Shown: positions 1-12,164 of the stretch, in pieces
Layout: every line of letters starts with the position of its first letter
Numbering within the stretch: the first letter of the stretch is position 1
Assembly: GCA_002269645.1 (NCBI GenBank)
Contig: NIVC01002293.1
Coordinates: 124,001 to 188,000, forward strand
Direction of reading: 5' to 3'
Length of the DNA: 64,000 bases
From: Macrostomum lignano
Taxonomy: Eukaryota
Notes under the pieces: generated by a model
Databases searched by the model: none
What the model was told of the DNA's origin: nothing
The model's input: only the letters and a program-made list of their open reading frames with translations
Position numbers and translations under genes: made by a program

Positions 1-366
1 GTAATCCTTGGTTTATTAATAGCAATAATCCTTGGTTTATTAATAGCAATAATCCATGCCTTATCGAGTGCAGTAATCCTTGATTTATTAATAACAATAA
101 TCCTTGGCTTATCGAGTGCAGTAATCCTTGGTTTGCCAAGAGCAATAGTCCTTGGTTTATTGAGTGCAGTAATCCTTGGTTTATTAATAGCAATAGTCCT
201 TGGTTTATTGAGTGCAGTAATCCTTGGTTTATTAATAGCAATAATCCTTGGCTTATCGAGTGCAGTAATCCTTGGTTTATTAATAGCAATAATCCTTGGC
301 TTATCGAGTGCAGTATTCCTTGGTTTGCCAAGAGCAATAATCCTTAGCTTATCGAGTGCAGTAATC
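1..366. repeat. 24-bp-period minisatellite (alternating GTAATCCTTGGTTTATTAATAGCA / ATAATCCTTGGCTTATCGAGTGCA units), cut by window start
   Basis: Direct tandem periodicity; ORF 133..369 is its 8-aa repetitive translation. Confidence 0.9.
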
Positions 367-420
367 TAAGTGTTTTTATTTAGTCCTTTAATAAAAGCTT
401 TTAATAAAAAATTTTACACT

Positions 421-488
421 ACTACTTAGATTCGAACCCAGGTCGCTGCATTAGCAGTCTAGCTCTTCAGCTCTAGGCTAGCTCTCAT
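421..488 (-). other. tRNA-derived SINE head or tRNA pseudogene
   Basis: Minus strand reads TAGCCTAGAGCTG (A-box-like)...GACTGCTAAT...GGGTTCGAATC (B box); the acceptor stem does not pair. Confidence 0.45.
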
Positions 489-982
489 CGAAGTTATCAG
501 TGAATTTGTACCACTTATATAATTCAACACTCACACCAAGTCAGGTAGAGTAAAAAGTCACGTGAAGCAGTTATGACATAATCAATTTCTTAGGCAAGTC
601 AGTACCAGTGTCTATGAAAGCTAACAATATGGTTACGTAATATAAATTCAGTACTGCACTATGATTTCACACTCAAAGCTGTGACGCAATTCAATTGAGT
701 GTCAAATTCAGCCAGTACACAGACGATAAATAAAGTGTATTGTGATGCAATCTATTTCAGAATCAGAATTCAACCAGTCAGTTTTTCTGCTAGCATTCTT
801 ACAATGCATTTCAAGTCGAAAGAGCTGCTTGACCTTTGCAAAAAAGCATGTTTTTCGAATATTTAATCCCTTTAGCATCGAGCAATTTCTTAGCCACGAT
901 GCATGTACCGTCACGGAAAAATTTCTGATCGAATGGTGCAAGTTTGAAGAAAATCGGTTGAGCCATTTTTGCTAAAATCGAT

Positions 983-1010
<28 letters not shown>
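983..1010. repeat. (CA)n microsatellite
   Basis: Direct. Confidence 0.95.
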
Positions 1011-1013
<3 letters not shown>

Positions 1014-1116
1014 CGACAGACCATTTTTAGTATATGGAAGCGTGCAGTTACGTGTACTTATGCATGTACTTCTGGGAATTCGGTAATGAAATAGTACATT
1101 TAGTAGTGTATGAAGG

Positions 1117-1545
1117 CTCGCCAGCGCAAGAACCCCCTGCAAAAGTCCTCTCTGTCCCTGCATGGCCAATGCGATCTTAGTCCCAGCAGCGTCCCTTCTA
1201 TTCGGCTATGACTTCGAGATAGACAGCTAAAAGACACTAGATGGCAGGTAAGTGCAGTGCCCCTCTAGTCGGAAGTCCGATTTCGATAGCTCCGGTTTGG
1301 TGAGCCGGGGCGCACGGACTGGTGGTAGCGGGTTAGTTAATCTGCGGATTAGCTAATCTCTACCTTTCAAATTCTCCCTGCTTGTCTCTCGCTGTCTTCT
1401 CCTAGCTATAGGACCTTGCTGCTCGCCCACAATCTAGCTACCATGGGGCTGACCATCTGACAGGAGTGAGAGGCCAGAGTTCTAAGTGATTCATTTCCGA
1501 ATTCTGAGGCCCGAAGCTATAGGCTTAGAAAGGCCGAACCCATCA
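1117..1545 (+). repeat. Dispersed ~430-bp repeat, copy A (copy B at 59471-59906); probably retroelement-derived (UTR/LTR/SINE-like)
   Basis: Colinear similarity with copy B, e.g. CTCTGTCCCTGCATGGCCAATGCGATC, GCGGGTTAGTTAATCTGCGGATTAGCT, AGCTACCATGGGGCTGACCATCTGACAGGAGTG. Confidence 0.85.
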
Positions 1546-1732
1546 AATTGAAGAGAATGTCAGTTTTGATGAGCTACAGGTAAGTTTATCCCTTGCTCAA
1601 ATTTCTGCCGAGGAAAAAGCCTGATCTATTTACTACATAAGTGGCTACGTTTACACAAAAATGCACAAAAACTTGACTAAAAATGCATTCTGCTCGCTGA
1701 GCCGTGGAGTGGATTTCAGCTGGACTACAGTA

Positions 1733-2346
1733 CAGTATGGCTAGGAAAGAAGTGCATTTGGGATAACTCCAGTAGTGGAATATAAAGGAAACTCCAGCAT
1801 TGGAGCGAGTACTGGATCGCTGATATAAATCCAGCATTGGAGCATCGGTGCTGGCTCCAATGCCGGAATTTCCTTATGCTCTAATGCTGGAGTCATACAT
1901 GTATCAGCTCCAATACTGGAGCTTCGGTTTTGGCACCGGAAAAGTGCAAATAACTCTACCGGACGACCTTCTGGCGCTCTGGGACCGGCGCCAATCGACT
2001 CAGGGGGCCGAAATCTATCAGAAAATGTTGGTCGCATAGGCGCGAAAGGCACTCTGCAAATGCCAAAAAAATGTATCCCCCGGCCTAGGTGTACTTGTCA
2101 AATTCACACCTTATCAACCTGCTGCCGGTAAAGATTCTGCAAGTAAACCGGCTGTCCTGCAACTTGCAACTAATCAAAACTACGCAAGCCGCTGAGCAGT
2201 GTCGCACTAAACTGCACGCTAAAATCTACCATCAATCTATAGTATTGGAGTCTACAAGGCTTCAGTGCTGGAGTTTCCTTTATATTCCACTTTTGTACCT
2301 TTGTACTGGAGTTATGCCAAAATGCACTTCTTTCCGAGCCATACTG
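1733..2346. mobile_element. Non-autonomous Tc1/mariner-like MITE
   Basis: Imperfect ~65-bp TIRs: TA|CAGTATGGCTAGGAAAGAAGTGCATTT...GGAATATAAAGGAAACTCCAGCA vs the reverse complement at 2266-2346; right TA is mutated to TT. Confidence 0.65.
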
Positions 2347-2679
2347 TTCCCCAAAACGATAGATTTGGCGCATGAAATTATACTCGATAATAGGTAAAGA
2401 AATTCTGCACCAGCAGTACTTTACCGCTTGTCAAAATATTGAATAGTTGCTGAGATATCGATGCTACAATTTCGGTGAATTTCCAGTGCTCTTCAAATCA
2501 GCGCAAAATACGTTTTTTAGTCCAGCTCAATCCACTTCACGGCTTCGTGTGGATTCACTTGCAATCAGTAAAAGTGGCAAAAGTAGAGATCTGTTTTGGT
2601 TGTTAAATATTAAGCTTGCATGCAAAGGTATTATTAACTACCAAATAGCAGCACACAGGGACTCAATTCCAGTGTTTTT

Positions 2680-3330
2680 TAGAGCGAGGTGCTTGCCATC
2701 AGCTCCTGTGTGGTGCCAGAGCTGTTCGAAGGCAGCTTAGCTTGCAGTCAGAAATTTATTTTTCACTCCGACAGCCAAGCAGCCCTTCTGGCCGTCTGCT
2801 GCAGCACCACCAACTCCAGATCTGTCCTGGACTGCAACGCCCGGCTCCATGCAGGGCTTGCGCTGGGCAACCAGCAGGTGGAGCTCAAATTGATCCCGGC
2901 CTACGATGTCATGGTTTCCATCCCGGCAAGGCTGGCTCCGCCGGCACGCTTCTGGACCGGGCCCAGGGGCCCCCACCCCTGCGCCTCGGTGATTAACTCC
3001 CGCGTCAAGCACTGGGCTGACTCTTAGCATCTCCGCAGGTGGCAGGATCAACACTCGAAATTGCAGGAAATCTCGTGCTGCTGTCCCCCTGCGTAGAGCC
3101 TTCCTTAGGCTCAACCTCAGGGATCTTAAGAGCATTTACATGTACATGGGCCCTCTCCGGGCATGCATGGCTGCTTCTCTCGCCACCGCTTCCTCAGGGC
3201 CAGGTACTTGAGGAGCCGTGCGCGGTGCCCCAAGCTCTTCTGCCGCTCAACAGGCAGTAAAAACGCAGAACAATTTATCTGCCACTACCTGGTCTTCACC
3301 ACTCACTCACCCCGGCCCAACTCTCCGACG
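2680..3330 (+). mobile_element. Degenerate non-LTR retrotransposon fragment (RNase H + C-terminal Cys/His region)
   Basis: LAISSC...IFHSDSQAALLAV...TTNSRSVLDC...VELKLIP aligns by eye with the RNase H at 13029-13400; frameshifts and stops. Confidence 0.75.
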
Positions 3331-4360
3331 CTTGCAAGCCCGAGAGCATATCGATGCTCACCCGGTACCTCAGCTGAGTTTTCCCCACCGCCGGTGAGGA
3401 GGACCGCGCTGCAAGCGAGACCGACGCCCCCGGAAGGGACATCACTTCGATGGAAGTCATTCATGGTCGCCAGAGGCTAGCGGAATTGGGCGGTCTTCTT
3501 CGCCTCCTGATCGCTGCATCCGCCGGATGATCTCCTCTGCAGCTAGGTCAAACATACTCGTGTGCATACTGGCACTAATCCATGATTGAACATACATGTA
3601 GGTGAAATACTTGCGTGAGTTGCGTCAGTGTCAATACGCTCTTGCTCCAAAATACTTGAGCTCTTGTGCTAATCTCCATTCTAGCCGTGCTTGCTTTTGC
3701 TAGTGCGAGCTTGTTCATGCAACCCAATTTTGGTGCTATTTTTAAGCCTAGCTTACTTGAGGTAGCAAATTAGCCAGACTATGTGGATAGTTTGCCATTA
3801 GCTAAGGATAGTTTAACATTCTGAGCAGGATGAGAGAATTTTCAGGCCGCCGCGATCCGAAATTCAAACCGCGACTTGCAGTCTGGTCAATTCTTTTGCA
3901 CGAACGAAATTTCTCAAATAAGTGTAACACAAAGTGAAAAAATTAGAAAACTACTTGGACGATTTGACCTTTCAAAACTGCACTAAAATGCGTGGCGCAA
4001 CAGCCAAATTACCGGGTGACATCGATCGAGCAAAAGTGCTTTTTTATTTGTTATTCGGACAAAAAATTACAGCTCTCAATAAACGCAAAGGTAACGTGCC
4101 GCTTGGATAGAAAAACTTTATGCAGCTACGCAAAAACAACTGAAGTAATACGCGCAACATAGAGCTGCCCGCAAAAACTTCAGCTACACAGCAACTACAA
4201 ACCGCTGGTACAGGACTGCGCATCGCCAGGGTGAATCCCACGAACACGCATCACTTCAGACAATCGTTCAGGTAATAAACATAGTTATTAAATAACCCTC
4301 ACTTTGCCACTGTTCGTTAAGGTCGAAACGGAACCGGACTGGATGATAGCACGCGGAGCA

Positions 4361-4595
4361 GCGATCGTCCTCCGCTTGAGCCGGCGGTCACTGCAGCCGA
4401 AGCGGCAGGCAGCAAACAGTCCTGCGATCGTCCTCCGCTTGAGCCGGCGGTCACTGCAGCCGAAGCGGCAGGCAGCAAACAGTCCTGCGATCGTCCTCCG
4501 CTTGAGCCGGTGGTCACTGCAGCCGAAGCGGCAGGCAGCAGACAGTCCTGCGATCGTCCTCCGCTTGAGCCAGTGGTCACTGCAGCCGAAGCCGC
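4361..4595. repeat. 63-bp tandem repeat, ~4 copies
   Basis: CGATCGTCCTCCGCTTGAGCC recurs at 4362, 4425 and onward. Confidence 0.9.
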
Positions 4596-4879
4596 AGCAT
4601 TCATCGGATCCTTGCAAAATAAAATATCTTTTCTGGCATTCCAAATCCCAAATGGCTTTCATAAACGCACAGTTCCCCGTTGGAAAGCCGAATACAAAGT
4701 GCGGCGTCAGCGTTAGCTGACTCGCATGTACGCACCTGAAATGGTGAGAGTGAAGCGTCTGAAGTAAATAATGATGCATAGTGTTATATTTTTTAATAAT
4801 ACCGAAACGAAACAATCTTCTCAGTTTTGAACATAAATGGAGACAGTACTCAAGGGCACAGTGGGAGATAGCCTGGAAG

Positions 4880-7080
4880 TGGTTGCCATGGAAGGGGTAG
4901 CCTGGGAGAGTAGCCTGGAAGAGCTGCCTGGGAGGGTTAGACTGGAAGGGCTGCCTGCGAGGGGTAGTCTCGGAGCGCTGCCTTGGAGGGGTAGAGTGGA
5001 AGAGGAGCCTGAGAGGGGTTGAGTAAGAGGGGTAGCCTGGAAAGAGTAGCCAGGAAGGGTAGCCTAGGAGCGCTGTCTGGAAGAGGTTGAGTGGGAGATG
5101 AAGCCCGGAAGGCCGGCAGGATGTGGAGAAGCCGGCAGGATGTGGAGAAGCCGGCAGGGTGTGGGGAAGGACAGCAGGGTGTGGGGAAGGGTAGCAGGGA
5201 GTAGGGAAGTCCAGCAGGAAGTGGGGAAGCCGGCAGGGTGTGGGGAAGGGTAGCAGGGAGTAGGGAAGGCCAGCAGGAAGTGGGGAAGCCGGCAGGGTGT
5301 AGGGAATGCCAGAAGGGAGTGGGAAAGGCCTGCATTGATGGGGAAGGAAAGCAAGGTGTAGGGAAAGCCTGCATTGGTAGTGAAGATTACCAGGGTGTGG
5401 GGAAAGACAGCAGGGTGTGGGGAAGGACAGCAGGGTGTGGGGAAGGGTAGCAGGGAGTAGGGAAGGCCAGCAGGATGAGGGGAAGCAGGCAGGGTGTGGG
5501 GAAGGCCGGCAGGGTGTGGGGAAGGACAGCAGGGTGTGGGGAAGGGTAGCAGGGAGTAGAGAAGGTCAGCAGGATGTGGGGAAGCCGGCAGGGTGTGGGG
5601 AAGGCCGGCAGGGTGTGGGGAAGGGTAGCAAGGAGTAGGGAAGGCCAGCAGGATGTGGGGAAGGCCGGCAGGGTGTGGGGAATGCCAGCAGGGAGTGAGG
5701 AAGGCCTGCATTGATGGGGAAGGACAGCAGGGTGTAGGGAAAGCCTGCATTGGTAGTGTAAGGCAAGCAGGGTGTGGGGAAGGACAGCAGGGTGTGGGGA
5801 AGGGTAGCAGGGAGTAGGGAAGGCAAGGCCAGCAGGATGTGGGGAAGCCGGCAGGGTGTGGGGAAGGCCGGCAGGGTGTGGGGAAGGGTAGCAAGGGAGT
5901 AGGGAAGGCCAGCAGGATGTGGGGAAGGACAGCAGGGTGTGGGGAAGGGTAGCAGGGAGTAGGGAAGGCGAGCAGGATGTGGGGAAGCTAGCAGGGTGTG
6001 GGGAAGGCCAGCAAGGAGTAAGGAAGGCTGGCAAGGGTGTCAAGGCCGGCAGGGTGTGGGGAATGCCAGCAGGGAGTGAGGAAGGCCTGCATTGATGGGG
6101 AAGGACAGCAGGGTAGGGGAAAGACAGCAGGGTATGGGGAAGGACAGCAGGGTGTAGGGAAAGCCTGCATTGGTAGTGAAGACAAGCAGGGTGTGGGGAA
6201 GGACAGCAGGATGTGGGGAAGGGTAGCAGGGAGTAGGGAAGGCCAGCAGGATGTGGGGAAGGCCGGCAGGGTGTGGGGAAGGGTAGCAAGGAGTAGGGAA
6301 GGCCAGCAGGATGTGGGGAAGGCCGGCAGGGTGTGGGGAATGCCAGCAGGGAGTGAGGAAGGCCTGCATTGATGGGGAAGGACAGCAGGGTGTGGGGAAG
6401 GGTAGCAGGGAGTAGGGAAGGCCAGCAGGATGTGGGGAAGGACAGCAGGGTGTGGGGAAGGGTAGCAGGGAGTAGGGAAGGCGAGCAGGATGTGGGGAAG
6501 CTAGCAGGGTGTGGGGAAGGCCAGCAAGGAGTAAGGAAGGCTGGCAAGGGTGTGGGGAAGGCCGGCAGGGTGTGGGGAATGCCAGCAGGGAGTGAGGAAG
6601 GCCTGCATTGATGGGGAAGGACAGCAGGGTGTGGGGAAGGGTAGCAGGGAGTAGGGAAGGCCAGCAGGATGTGGGGAAGCTAGCAGGGTGTGGGGAAGGC
6701 CAGCAAGGAGTAAGGAAGGCTGGCAAGGGTGTGGGGAAGGACAGCAGGGTAGGGGAAAGACAGCAGGGTATGGGGAAAGACAGTAGGGTGTGGGGAAGGC
6801 TAGCAGGATATGGGAAAAGCCAGCAAGGTGTGGCCATGTGGGAAGGCCAACAAGATACAATGAAGGCCAAGCAGGATACATTGAAGAGCAGCAAGGTTTG
6901 TGAAAGACAGCAGGGTATGGAAAAGGCCTATAAAAGACAATGAAGGGCAGCAAGGTATGGGAAAGGCTTGTATTGATAAGAAAAGGTAGCAAGTGTTGTA
7001 GGAAGGCCATTGGGGTAAGGTATGGTAAAGGGCAGTAGGGTGTAACCATATAGGGAAGGCTATAGCAGGTTATGGGGAAA
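4880..7080 (+). repeat. G/purine-rich composite minisatellite (GGCAGGGTGTGGGGAAGG-type units)
   Basis: Direct; all overlapping ORFs are low-complexity translations. Confidence 0.9.
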
Positions 7081-8179
7081 GGGAAGGTTAAAAAAACAAA
7101 AAATATAGAACCTCTAAATACTAAATACTAATTTCAGGCTTAACCTATAACATAAAATAGTAGAATAGAACCCAATTTATCAATAAAATAAAAAATAAAA
7201 AATACATCCATTTATGGAATTTTATGCTAGCTCAGCTAGTTGTACTACGTATATATAATAGGCTATTAGTATAGTATATTAGAACCCTAAATTATGGTTG
7301 TTCAATATATCTATCAATATAGCTAGCTTTACTAAATAGTTTCTCTCCTAAACTCAGGATTCAGGGTTCAGAAAAAAGAATATTGAATATATAGCCCTAG
7401 GCCTAGCTTAGTCACACAGTTATTGCATTCAGTTACAAAATTGTGCATAGGCCTAGCTACAAACTGAAACTGAGCGCCATCCAAGTTCACTAATTGAACT
7501 TTAAGTCGAGTTGTATTGTTCTCCTGTTCTAATATTAATTCGCTGGGCCTATTAATATTGTGGAAATAATAAACAGCTAGTAGGCCTACATAAAATAATG
7601 TTAAATGTTAACACTTACACTTGTAACTAAGTCATCCTGACCTAATTTTTATCTAGCATTCTAGTGACACTAAAATACTGTACTAGAGAATAGTAGCGTA
7701 GTAGGTTAGTAAAATCGCTAGGCCTACTTTGCATTAGTGAACTAAAAAATAAGCAGAAACGTCTGTTCAAATTTGTGCCATATTTGGCCCTTGTGCGCAT
7801 AAAAAAGGCGGTCTATAGCATGCTACTGTATCATATAGCATGATACGGACTGCCTTATAGGCGGTTTTTGCCGTGTTCTATACCGCCTAACACGTGTATA
7901 TACGGCTGCCGAAATTTAAATTAATTCACTCCGGATTGCCTCTAAATAGTTAGTGTATAAACAAAGTAAAAACATTTCTGCTCCAATTTCACTTAAACAT
8001 CAAATAAAAAAGCATTGCCATTGCAATAAATATTTAAATTATATTTTTTTATGATAGTTTTACATTTTATTGTACTTTTTTCGTCAGTCATTTTAGCGCG
8101 CATATGAAACTTATCCACACGAAATTCAAAAGCACATTGCTTTCGAAGTGCTTTGAATGAGAATACACTAAGGCAAAGG

Positions 8180-8358
8180 CAGTGGCGCAACCAGGTGGGG
8201 GCGGGGGGCGGTCGCCCCCTCTTATAGGCGCGGAGACCCAAAAAATCAAAGGGGACCAAGCGAATTTTCGCCAAAACAGAGCCACCCCGTCCGCCCCACC
8301 TCCCGGGACTTTACCCTCCAGAATCCGCCCCCTCATAAAATTTCTGGTTGCACTACTG
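8180..8358. mobile_element. Small hAT-type MITE
   Basis: TIRs CAGTGGCGCAACCAG / CTGGTTGCACTACTG (13/15 match); TSD not preserved. Confidence 0.55.
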
Positions 8359-8828
8359 AACGAAAGTTTCCTTACACACCCTCTCTTCAATATAAATTTA
8401 TAATTATATTATATTTTAATATAAAATTATAATATTAATTACATATTATAATTATAATTATAATTTTAATTTTACTTACATGTATATATAATTATATAAT
8501 TTAAAAAGATATTTAATTTATCTGCACTTTCTTTGAAAATTTAACCTCATAAAAATAAAATATAAGCATTAAAAGTCATGCTTAAATGTCTTTTGCTGAG
8601 CAAAACTGTCACTCTATAATGATGGTATTAAATATTTACGCGTAGATGAACTTTGTTTTAGTTTTTAGTTACTCTTAAGACTATAAAAAAATTACCTGGG
8701 ACTACATGAAGTATAACTTGTTTCAACTAATTGTTTTACTTAAATGAATAAAAAATATATACACAGTAAAAGTTAATAGCTCATAACAGCAACAACTTAA
8801 CAACAAATTATGCAGCTAGCAATCAAAG

Positions 8829-9765
8829 TCACAGAGCAGGGTGCTTCAGATGGCGCGCCGCAGAGCCTGAGAGCGGAGGAAGTCCGCCCCGTTGGCAGTG
8901 TCGGGCGCCCTGGCGTCGCGTACGTAGGAGGCAGTCCACGTATCGACGGGTTTGGGCCTGACCCCGCCTGAGCGGGCCCTGCAGAGTGAGCAACAGGGCT
9001 AGGACGTCCTGAACAGGTTGGGGGCAGTAGCCCTCGGCCCGGATCACGTACGTGGCCCGCCAGTTGAAGTCGCCGCCGGCGCAGGATGGTGGACGGGCGC
9101 TGCAGCTTGGCCCGATCGTACAGGGCCTCAGTCCCGACGCTCTCATCAGCTCGAAAGGTCGCACGGAGCAGCCCTGAATGCGCCGAGTCCAGCTGCCGCT
9201 CTAAGCGTAGCCGTCAGTGTCCACGTCTCGGCGTTGTAGAGCACACCGCCTGCCACAGCCGACGAGCCCTCTGGCGGTCGGGCAGCGCTTCGGACTGGAC
9301 GTCGGCTCGGATCGAACGGAAGGCCGCCCAGGCAAGTCCTCGGCGCCGCCGGATCGAGGTCCGTCCACGTGAGGCACCAGACCGCCGAGTAGGTGATCCC
9401 GCTGGTAGCGTGCGCGCGAGCGTGGTCATCTGCCCGTCTGCGAGGCGACATGTCAGGTCCGCTAGCGCTGGGATGTCGGCCGGCACAGTCAGCACCTAGG
9501 TCTTTAGCGTGTTGACAACCAGTCCGACGCTCAATGCCACCTTGACCAACCTGTCGATCTGGCGGGATGCCACCTTGAACGGACGAGGACAGGAGGGCGA
9601 GTTCGTCGGCGTAGCCAAGCAAATAATAATAAGGCGCTTTTCACCGTGGCGGCGACCGATGCGTCTGCGCAGCGCAGGAAGCCGTCGTTAGCCGAGGAGA
9701 CTGCGGTCCGAAGCACCCAGTGGCAGCAGCACGAAGAGAAACGGCGCCAAAGTGTCGCCATGCAG
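8829..9765 (-). mobile_element. RTE-like non-LTR retrotransposon RT fragment (pseudogenised)
   Basis: Minus-strand motifs GDTLAPFLFVL, LGYADELALLS (YADD-like) and VLYNAETWTLT, spread across frameshifts. Confidence 0.8.
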
Positions 9766-10399
9766 AACTCCTGATGAAGTGTCGAACTGATGATGATTTA
9801 CATGTATGTAATCGCCCTACTAGTGAACCGTCTTCTCATGGGGGAAGGATCAGATCGTATGACTATGGATGGCTGCCAGCCGTCTATGACCAGACTATGA
9901 CCGACAGATCGCCCTTCAGGTTGTCCCGCCCATGCATATTGATAACTTTTTGGTAGTGCTATATTAGAGACGCGGTAAGGACCCAAATGTGCCCCATCGA
10001 TAGCTAAGGTGCAAATATTGATCATTGGGTTATTGCATGACCCACTGGCTGCCACCACTCTGTGACCTGGCGAACCTGGATCTACGGTATGACCAGACCT
10101 GGCGAGGCCGGAGCCCCCGCCTGGGATGGGTATCAAAGGGTTGGAGCTAGCGGTGAGCAGCATGCAGCCGAATAGCTGATAGGAATCTGCTTGGGCACAA
10201 ATCGAGAACTCCGGGATCATACAGACGGATTTTTATCAGGGGATCTTTTAAGGCTGTGATGACATACAGTTCAGATTGCAAAAAGTACATGTAGTGTATA
10301 GAGAACACGTAGAACAGCTATACGTGTACATCTAGTTTGGATTGATCAATGGGTTCGGGCCTGGCTCCTCATATGAAAGGTTTTTTTCTCCACGGAGCA

Positions 10400-10640
10400 C
10401 CAGACCGCTGATGTGATGAACCACTGCTGGCAGCGTGCGTCTGCGTCGTGGCATGTCAGGTCCGCTGATACGTCAGCAGACACAGTCAGCATCTCGGTCT
10501 TCAATATGCTGTCAACGCTTGAACCCACCTCTTTCTGTGCTTTCAACAGACGAGAAAAAGAGGCTGAGGTCGCCAGCGTTGCCAAACAAGCTCAGGTGTT
10601 TTTTGCCGCTGTGGCGAACGATGCGTCTCCACAACAGATA
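10400..10640 (-). mobile_element. Second short fragment of the same RTE-like family
   Basis: CATGTCAGGTCCGCT...CACAGTCAGCA and GCGATGCGTCT segments match 9440-9670. Confidence 0.6.
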
Positions 10641-10656
10641 AAAAAGCAGGAAGAAA

Positions 10657-11013
10657 TCTCTCCATTTCAGTATTCGAGGTGTGCCACGAAGCTCACAGAT
10701 GTTCAATTGAAAAGATATTTTTGGTGTAAAGTCTACTCAGATGTTATATTGCAAAAATGCTTTTAGTTTAATTTTAAAAAGATTTTCCTTGCTGTAGTAT
10801 GCATTTGATTTTTTTGTACAGTCACCATCTCGGTCGTAGATTCTAAAGAAAATTCACTCCGTTTCAGCATTCGAGGTGTGCCACGAAGCTCACAGATGTT
10901 CAATTGAAAAGATATTTTTTGTGTAAGGTCTACTCAGATGTTATATTGCAAAAATGCTATTAGTTTAATTTTAAAAAGATTTTCCTTACTGTAGTATGCA
11001 TTTGATTTTTTGT
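10657..11013. repeat. Near-tandem duplication of ~160 bp (offset 198 bp)
   Basis: TTCGAGGTGTGCCACGAAGCTCACAGATGTTCAATTGAAAAG...GCATTTGATTTTTTGT present twice. Confidence 0.9.
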
Positions 11014-12164
11014 TTATTTATTTTCGTGGAACTGAACGTGGAACTGAAAATCCGGTCATGTAAAAGTAAGGTATTTGAAAGAGCGTCTAGAGTTTTTTGA
11101 AACGGTTTTCCAGCCGATTAACGACTAACGCCAGAATAACAAGATTCTAAGCAGGGAAAATAAAAAATCAATGTCGTACATCGTACATGTATATATATGA
11201 CCTTAAAGCAAAACGATTCTGCTAAGAAAAGGCTAAGAACTTACATGTTTAAATTATGAGTCGCATTTCTTGGAAACGGAAACCAAATTAACAAAATACG
11301 TAATATTAGAACCCTAGAATAAATTACGCAATAATTCAAACACCTAAGGATCTGAATAAAGTTAAAATACACCATTTAAATAAACTAGATTTGAATTACA
11401 GAATTTCCAAACCGTTACACATGACTAAGCCTTTGAGTATGACTTTTGTTTTGAGTAGGCCCCCAGGACCTTTAAGTTTGAGAATAGGCCTCCTTACGAT
11501 GATTTTAAGTAAAAAATAACACTTCAAAAAACTATCTAGTGACATTGGCAAACTTTGTATGCTGGCTATATAAATAGCTATAAATAGCTAATTTGCAATC
11601 GCATTGCCATTATGTTATATATTATTATTATATAAATTATAATGACTATGCCTATGCCTATGTGCCTTGGTCTTGACATGGGTGCAATTTCGCATATTCT
11701 TAGCGCCAGAGAAAAAAACTCAGGCTGGACTGGGTAGCCTATAGTATATGGCCATAGGCCTAGCCTAGTCATAAATCATGCCATATAAATTTAAATTGTA
11801 CTCGTATGACTATATGTACGAGTAAAGGACGGTACAGCAGCCTTTACAATAAACATAGGCTACGGTTAATAGGATCGACGGACTTGCCATGTGAGTTCAT
11901 GTTACCACAACAATTTTAACACAAAAGTGAAAACCTTAAAACTTTTGACAAATGTGGGAAGCCGTTTAGTACCATAACATTCAAAAAATAGTGTATTGAA
12001 GTATTCAAAAACAAATTTGAATGCTGCAAATTTAGGTTTTTTAAACAAGCAAAGCAATTATGCACCACAACAGCACGTTATTGTAATTCGCGCAATTTTA
12101 AACCTGCTGGTATCTAAGCAACAATTGATACTCTTTTATATCAATCAGACTTAGTTTCATGTTT

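Noticed and set aside
4937-7049. Pro/His/Leu-rich ORFs, and similar ORFs over the other arrays at 27-28, 30.6-31.2, 40 and 46.6-48.4 kb
   Set aside because: Translations of low-complexity repeats with no domain content or splice context.
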